From Gammaproteobacteria bacterium (GTDB taxonomy: Bacteria > Pseudomonadota > Gammaproteobacteria > GCA-001735895), in contig JBNKDE010000015.1 in the NCBI GenBank assembly GCA_050288105.1, positions 27,496-91,495 of the forward strand: a stretch of 64,000 nt of DNA. Direction: 5' to 3'. The position numbers were made by a program, and so were the translations under genes. The notes under the pieces were generated by a model. That model saw only the letters and a program-made list of their open reading frames with translations. It searched no databases and was not told where the DNA came from. The first letter of the stretch is position 1. The number at the start of each line of letters is the position of its first letter. Positions 58,801-64,000 of the stretch are shown here, one piece after another.

Positions 58801-59922
58801 GTGGAAAAAGTGCCCGAACTTGAAAAAGGCGAGGCTTCGTCCGAAGAAGCATTCGTTCGGTTCGTCAACGTACAGAAAAGTTACGATGGCGAAACTCTGG
58901 TCGTAAAAGACTTTAACCTTGATATATCCAGTGGCGAGTTCATCACGCTGCTAGGTCCTTCCGGATCAGGTAAAACTACCTGTCTGATGATGATGGCGGG
59001 TTTCGAAGTGCCCACCCATGGTCAGATTCTGTTAAGCGGAACCCCCATCAATACGGTACCTCCACATAAACGTGGAATTGGTATGGTGTTTCAGAATTAT
59101 GCGCTGTTTCCACATATGAGTGTGGCTGAAAATCTCGCTTTTCCACTAGAGGTTAGAGGCCTCAGCAAAGACGATGTCGATAAAAAGGTACAGCATGCGT
59201 TATCCATGGTGCGTCTGGACAGCTTTGGAGATAGGCGACCCGCGCAGTTATCCGGTGGTCAGCAGCAACGTGTAGCGCTGGCTCGGGCGCTGGTTTACGA
59301 ACCGGATATCGTATTGATGGACGAACCACTAGGTGCGCTGGATAAGAACCTGCGTGAAGAAATGCAGTATGAGATCAAGCATATCCACGAAGAGCTTGGC
59401 GTGACCATGATTTATGTGACTCATGATCAGTCAGAAGCCCTGACCATGTCAGACCGGATTGCGGTATTCGAGGATGGCATTGTACAGCAGCTGGCCTCTC
59501 CTGATGCCCTGTATGAAAAGCCTGAGAATGCGTTTGTCGCCTCCTTTATCGGTGAGAATAATCGCCTGATTGGTGAAGTGCTGGAGCTGTCAGACAGCAG
59601 CTGTAAGGTTAAGATGGAAACTGGAGAAGTGGTTGAAGCGCTTCCAGTCAATGTCTCAGCAGTAGGTGATAATTCAACACTTTCTCTCAGACCCGAGCGT
59701 GTCGTAATAGAACCCGAAACGGGCAGTCTGCCCAATATTTTTGAAGCCGAAGTGCGCGAGGTGATTTATCTCGGTGATCACCTTCGAACGCGTGTCTGCG
59801 TTTGCGGCGATAAAGAATTTATCATCAAGACCCCGAATATCACAGGGCATCCAGCCCTGAAACGAGGAACGACCATTAATGTTGGCTGGTCACGTGACGA
59901 TTGTCGCGCACTTGATGCCTAG
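58801..59922 (+). CDS. Polyamine-type (PotA-like) ABC transporter ATP-binding protein
   Basis: GPSGSGKT, FQNYALFPH, LSGGQQQR, MDEPLGALD, TOBE C-terminus. Confidence 0.92.
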   Translation: MEKVPELEKGEASSEEAFVRFVNVQKSYDGETLVVKDFNLDISSGEFITLLGPSGSGKTTCLMMMAGFEVPTHGQILLSGTPINTVPPHKRGIGMVFQNYALFPHMSVAENLAFPLEVRGLSKDDVDKKVQHALSMVRLDSFGDRRPAQLSGGQQQRVALARALVYEPDIVLMDEPLGALDKNLREEMQYEIKHIHEELGVTMIYVTHDQSEALTMSDRIAVFEDGIVQQLASPDALYEKPENAFVASFIGENNRLIGEVLELSDSSCKVKMETGEVVEALPVNVSAVGDNSTLSLRPERVVIEPETGSLPNIFEAEVREVIYLGDHLRTRVCVCGDKEFIIKTPNITGHPALKRGTTINVGWSRDDCRALDA

Positions 59923-59950
59923 TTGATAAACCAAGAGGAGTAAATAAAAC

Positions 59951-61039
59951 ATGAAGAGAACCAATATGAAACAGAAAATTACAGTAGCAGCCATTGCTGG
60001 TTTGCTATCGACGACGGTAATGGCGGAAACACTCAATGTTGTTTCCTGGGGTGGTGCTTATACTGATAGTCAGCAACGTGCCTATAGTCAGCCCTGGACG
60101 AAAAAGACCGGCGATAAGATTATTGACGTGAATAAGTCTCAGGTAGCGCTGGCAGGTCTGCGTGCACAGGTTCAGGCTGGCAATGTCACCTGGGATCTGG
60201 TAGATATGTTGCCATCTGAAGCGAAAATCGCCTGTGCTGAAGGTTTGATCGAAGAGATTGATATAGACAAAATGCTGTCTCCTGCGCCAGACGGCACGCC
60301 AGCGTCAAAAGATTTCATCCCGGGTTCAACCGATGAATGCTATGTATCATCGATTGTGTATTCCAATATTGTTGCTTTCAATACCGAAATGTTTCCCGGT
60401 AAGAAGCCATCCACTATCGCTGATGTGTTCGACCTGAAGAAATTTCCAGGCAAGCGTTCATTACAGAAGAAACCAGTAAATAATCTTGAATGGGCCCTGA
60501 TGGCCGACGGTGTGCCAGCCGACAAGGTTTATGAAACACTGGCTACGCCTGCAGGTGTAGACCGAGCTTTAGCCAAGCTGGATACCATCAAATCTCAGGT
60601 GATCTGGTGGGAAGAGGGTGCACAACCCCCTCAGCTTCTGGCGGATAAGGAAGTTGCATTTGCCTCGGCTTATAATGGCCGTATGTTCAATGCCCAGGTC
60701 AATGAAAAACAGCCGTTTCAGATCATCTGGGATGCTCAGGTGTTTGAGCTAGATGGCTGGGTAGTACCGAAAGGCAAGATGGATAAGGTTAAGGATTTTC
60801 TGCGATTTGCAACAGACACCCAGCGACTTGCAGATCAGGCCAAATACATCTCCTATGGCCCGGCACGTAGCTCTTCAGCAGCGCTGGTGAGTACCCATGC
60901 CGATACCGGTATAGATATGAAGCCTCATATGCCTACCTACGGACCTAACTTTAAAACAGCTCTACAGAAAGATGATGAATTCTGGGCAGATCATCTGGAT
61001 GAATTAACCGAGCGCTTTAACGCCTGGTTAGCCAGTTAA
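59951..61039 (+). CDS. Polyamine-type ABC transporter substrate-binding protein
   Basis: Signal peptide; VSWGGAY, AGNVTWDLVD, FPGKRSL, LEWALMADGV, YNGR. Confidence 0.9.
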   Translation: MKRTNMKQKITVAAIAGLLSTTVMAETLNVVSWGGAYTDSQQRAYSQPWTKKTGDKIIDVNKSQVALAGLRAQVQAGNVTWDLVDMLPSEAKIACAEGLIEEIDIDKMLSPAPDGTPASKDFIPGSTDECYVSSIVYSNIVAFNTEMFPGKKPSTIADVFDLKKFPGKRSLQKKPVNNLEWALMADGVPADKVYETLATPAGVDRALAKLDTIKSQVIWWEEGAQPPQLLADKEVAFASAYNGRMFNAQVNEKQPFQIIWDAQVFELDGWVVPKGKMDKVKDFLRFATDTQRLADQAKYISYGPARSSSAALVSTHADTGIDMKPHMPTYGPNFKTALQKDDEFWADHLDELTERFNAWLAS

Positions 61040-61050
61040 TCTAAACTGAT

Positions 61051-61077
61051 GGGAAGGGGCGCAGGCCCCTTCCTTTT
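61051..61077 (+). terminator. Intercistronic hairpin/partial terminator after the SBP gene
   Basis: GGAAGGGGC-gcag-GCCCCTTCC-TTTT. Confidence 0.65.
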
Positions 61078-61101
61078 CTCTGTTTTATTCCGGGGGATTA
61101 C

Positions 61102-62376
61102 ATGAACAATGCATCTGCAGCTCAAACGAGCACTTCAGCGGGTCTGACTACGGCTGATGGAATACCGTTAAAGGTAAGCATCCGCCGAGCCCAGCGGCGT
61201 AACCGGTTTACGGCCTTGATGCTGGTAGCCCCTCTGTTTGTATTCTTGATGCTTGCGTTTGTGATGCCGATTTTTGATATGCTCTCACGCAGTGTCGATA
61301 ACCCTGAGGTTATCACCTATATGCCCAATACCGTTGAAGCTTTGCAGGGATGGAATGGGCAGGATCTTCCCGACGAAGCTGTATTTGCCGCCACAGTCAA
61401 AGATCTCATTGAGGGGAGTAAAGAGCGTAATATAGGGCTGGTCGCGAGTCGTTTGAATTATGAAAAGGGCGGTATGCGCTCATTGATCATGAAGTCAGCA
61501 CGCAACTCCAGAAAAATGACTGAAGCGCCCTATAAAGAAGCGTTGCTTAAAGTGGATAAGCGTTGGGGTGATATTGATGTCTGGCGTCTGATTCAGCGTG
61601 AAGGTGCACCCTATACCCTGTCTTACTATTTAGCAGCTCTGGATATGCACTATGACAGCGATGGCTCTATCGTATCCAAGCCGGAAAACACCCAGATTTA
61701 CGTTAATCTGTTCATACGTACCTTATGGATGAGTGTTCTGATTACCTTTTTGACATTGCTACTGGGTTACCCGGTTGCTTTTTTACTCGCCAATCTGCCT
61801 ATGGCGAAGGCCAATCTGTTAATGATACTGGTACTGCTGCCTTTCTGGACATCGTTACTAGTACGTACTACCGTATGGATTGCTATCCTGCAAAGTCAGG
61901 GGGTGCTAAACGACATACTGGTCTCTATAGGAATCATCGCTGACGACAATCGATTACAGATGATCTACAACAAGGCCGGTACCATTATAGCCATGACGCA
62001 TATATTGCTACCGTTTATGATTTTACCGCTTTACTCCGTCATGAAGACCATCCCGCCCAGTTATATGCGTGCAGCGCGTTCGATGGGTGCCACGGGGTTC
62101 ACTGCTTTTCGTCGCGTTTACTTTCCGCAAACACTATCCGGTATTGGCGCGGGTTCAATTCTGGTTTTCATCCTGTCTATCGGTTATTACATCACGCCTG
62201 CTCTGGTGGGTGGACAAACGGGTACGTTCATCACTAATTTTATTGCCTATCATATGCAGCAATCGCTTAACTGGGGGCTGGCAGCCTCAATCGGTTCTAT
62301 CTTGCTGGCTGCGGTGGTGGCGTTATACCTGCTGTATAACCGCCTGGTGGGTATAGATAACATGAAGTTGGGCTAA
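61102..62376 (+). CDS. Polyamine-type ABC transporter permease (PotB-like)
   Basis: LLPFWTSLLVRT, HILLPFMILPLY, EAA loop MRAARSMGA. Confidence 0.9.
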   Translation: MNNASAAQTSTSAGLTTADGIPLKVSIRRAQRRNRFTALMLVAPLFVFLMLAFVMPIFDMLSRSVDNPEVITYMPNTVEALQGWNGQDLPDEAVFAATVKDLIEGSKERNIGLVASRLNYEKGGMRSLIMKSARNSRKMTEAPYKEALLKVDKRWGDIDVWRLIQREGAPYTLSYYLAALDMHYDSDGSIVSKPENTQIYVNLFIRTLWMSVLITFLTLLLGYPVAFLLANLPMAKANLLMILVLLPFWTSLLVRTTVWIAILQSQGVLNDILVSIGIIADDNRLQMIYNKAGTIIAMTHILLPFMILPLYSVMKTIPPSYMRAARSMGATGFTAFRRVYFPQTLSGIGAGSILVFILSIGYYITPALVGGQTGTFITNFIAYHMQQSLNWGLAASIGSILLAAVVALYLLYNRLVGIDNMKLG

Positions 62377-62389
62377 GGAGAATTTCACT

Positions 62390-63241
62390 ATGGCACTTCA
62401 ACCCTATGCAACGACTTCCGAGAAAATCTGGCACTATGTTTTTATTATAATCTGTGCATTTATTTTCCTGTATCTGATTGGACCAATTCTGGTCATCATT
62501 CCGTTGAGTTTTAACGCTGAACCCTATTTCTCTTTTTCTGATGCGATGCTGTCGTTTGATCCAGCCGGTTATTCATTGCGCTGGTATGAAGACTTCTTTA
62601 CCTCTACGGCCTGGTTATCGTCGATTAAAAATAGCTTTATCGCCGCTATCTTCTCAACAATTCTGGCGACCTTTTTAGGCACCCTGGCGGCACTGGGCCT
62701 TTCCAGTCGCTATATGCCTTATCGCGCAACCGCCATGGCTGTTCTGATCTCGCCCATGATCGTGCCATTGATTATTTCTGCAGCAGGTATGTTCTTTTTC
62801 TTTTCCAAGTATCACCTCACTCAAACCTATACCGGGGTGATTCTGGCTCATGCAGTACTGGGTACACCTTTCGTGGTTATCACGGTGACTGCAACACTAA
62901 CGGGGTTTGATCATTCCCTGACTCGTGCAGCAGCCAGCCTGGGTGCTTCTCCGGTACGCACCTTTTTTAAGGTGGTACTTCCGTTGGTAACTCCCGGCGT
63001 GATTTCCGGTATGTTGTTCGCTTTTATCACTTCCTTCGATGAAGTAGTTGTTGTGTTATTCATCGCGGGACCCAAACAGGCTACCATTCCCATCCAGATG
63101 TGGTCAGGCATCCGCGAGCAAATCAGCCCAACTATTCTGGCGGTTGCAACCTTGCTGGTCATATTGTCGATAGGGTTGTTGACCGTGCTAGAACTGTTAA
63201 GGCGTCGTAACGAACGTCTGAGAGGCCTGCAGGGTATATAG
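62390..63241 (+). CDS. Polyamine-type ABC transporter permease (PotC-like)
   Basis: SLRWY, SPMIVP, RAAASLGA, SFDEVVV. Confidence 0.9.
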   Translation: MALQPYATTSEKIWHYVFIIICAFIFLYLIGPILVIIPLSFNAEPYFSFSDAMLSFDPAGYSLRWYEDFFTSTAWLSSIKNSFIAAIFSTILATFLGTLAALGLSSRYMPYRATAMAVLISPMIVPLIISAAGMFFFFSKYHLTQTYTGVILAHAVLGTPFVVITVTATLTGFDHSLTRAAASLGASPVRTFFKVVLPLVTPGVISGMLFAFITSFDEVVVVLFIAGPKQATIPIQMWSGIREQISPTILAVATLLVILSIGLLTVLELLRRRNERLRGLQGI

Positions 63242-63247
63242 TCGATA

Positions 63248-64000
63248 GTGCAACACTATCAGCCTGATTCTACGTTACCGATAGTCATCGTCGGTGCGGG
63301 CATTGTTGGTTTAACCACGGCCTACGCATTAACAAAAAAAGGTTGCCGAGTCACTGTCATCGATAAGCTTGCCGGGCCTGCTGAAATGTGCAGCCGTGCT
63401 AATGCAGGCATAATTGCGGTAGGGCATGCGCATGCCTGGGCAGAACCTAAGGCGATTGTTTCCATATTTCGTGCACTGATGGGCAGGGAACCTGCCGTCA
63501 GGATTACGAAATTGCTGGATCCAAAACTGTGGCAATGGGGGTTGAGTTTTCTACGACACTGTACGCCATCTGCTCACCTGGCAAACTCTGCAAAACTGCT
63601 CAGGCTTAGTCTGCTCAGCAGTGAATTACTGGCCTCTATTGAAACCGAGATGCAGCTGCCTCAGGAAATTCGACATCAGGGTGGTCTGTACCTGTATAAG
63701 AATGCGAGACAGTTCGAACAGCAGCTTGCTGCTCTGGAGGGTGATGCATCGCTGCAGACTCTTGATACACAACAGCTGATCGCCTACGAGCCCTGGTTAG
63801 CCGGTATGCAAGATCAACTGGTCGGTGGGTTGCTAAGTTCAGCAGACGGGGTTGGCGACTGTTATCAGTTTAGCAAGCGTTGCTACCAGCATCTCGCGCA
63901 ATCGTCCAAGGTGGAGTTTTTATTCAATACTACCGTGACCGGATTCGAACAACGTGCCAGCCAACTGACTGCGGTTCGCAGCAGCGCGGGTGATATCCCC
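63248..64000 (+). CDS. Partial FAD-dependent oxidoreductase, D-amino acid dehydrogenase (DadA)-like
   Basis: Not in ORF track (no stop in window). From GTG 63248: ...IVIVGAGIVGLTTAYAL...VTVIDK...CSRANAGII...; runs off the window end. Confidence 0.8.
   Translation, partial: MQHYQPDSTLPIVIVGAGIVGLTTAYALTKKGCRVTVIDKLAGPAEMCSRANAGIIAVGHAHAWAEPKAIVSIFRALMGREPAVRITKLLDPKLWQWGLSFLRHCTPSAHLANSAKLLRLSLLSSELLASIETEMQLPQEIRHQGGLYLYKNARQFEQQLAALEGDASLQTLDTQQLIAYEPWLAGMQDQLVGGLLSSADGVGDCYQFSKRCYQHLAQSSKVEFLFNTTVTGFEQRASQLTAVRSSAGDIP

Overview
Marine-type gammaproteobacterial chromosomal window (metG/apbC divergent pair, roughly 50% GC by eye) with no rRNA, tRNA, CRISPR array, integrase or transposase that I can see. 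In order it holds: an ArsR-rhodanese regulator and a CBS protein; a 14-kb divergent glycerol supercluster (glpV-glpR-glpSTPQU-glpD-glpK on minus; an HdrD/DsrK-like Fe-S protein plus glpA-glpB on plus); a 286-bp MITE-like element with 33-bp terminal inverted repeats and two nested hairpin arms; a PAS/GAF/HD-GYP protein; an SDR/AraC pair; a 7TM-DISM kinase and NarL-type regulator ahead of an AT-rich 1212-aa lipoprotein with a perfect 7-2-7 palindrome upstream; a fasciclin protein; a cyclase-VOC-DMT-nitroreductase-DUF4386 operon divergent from a LysR gene; a K+-dependent membrane pyrophosphatase with a small partner gene; a four-gene mbnP-mbnH-barrel-lipoprotein cluster with an exact RegR/RegA box and no TonB receptor or methanobactin genes; a ThDP enzyme coupled to an unannotated GT-A-like protein; a hybrid kinase/REC-EAL c-di-GMP module; metG and apbC; and a polyamine-type ABC operon running into a DadA-like oxidoreductase. 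The best candidates for undescribed systems are the mbnPH four-gene cluster, the ThDP enzyme + GT-A-like pair, the two-component system + giant lipoprotein module, and the non-canonical anaerobic G3P dehydrogenase partner. All functional calls come from motif recognition only; no searches were run.
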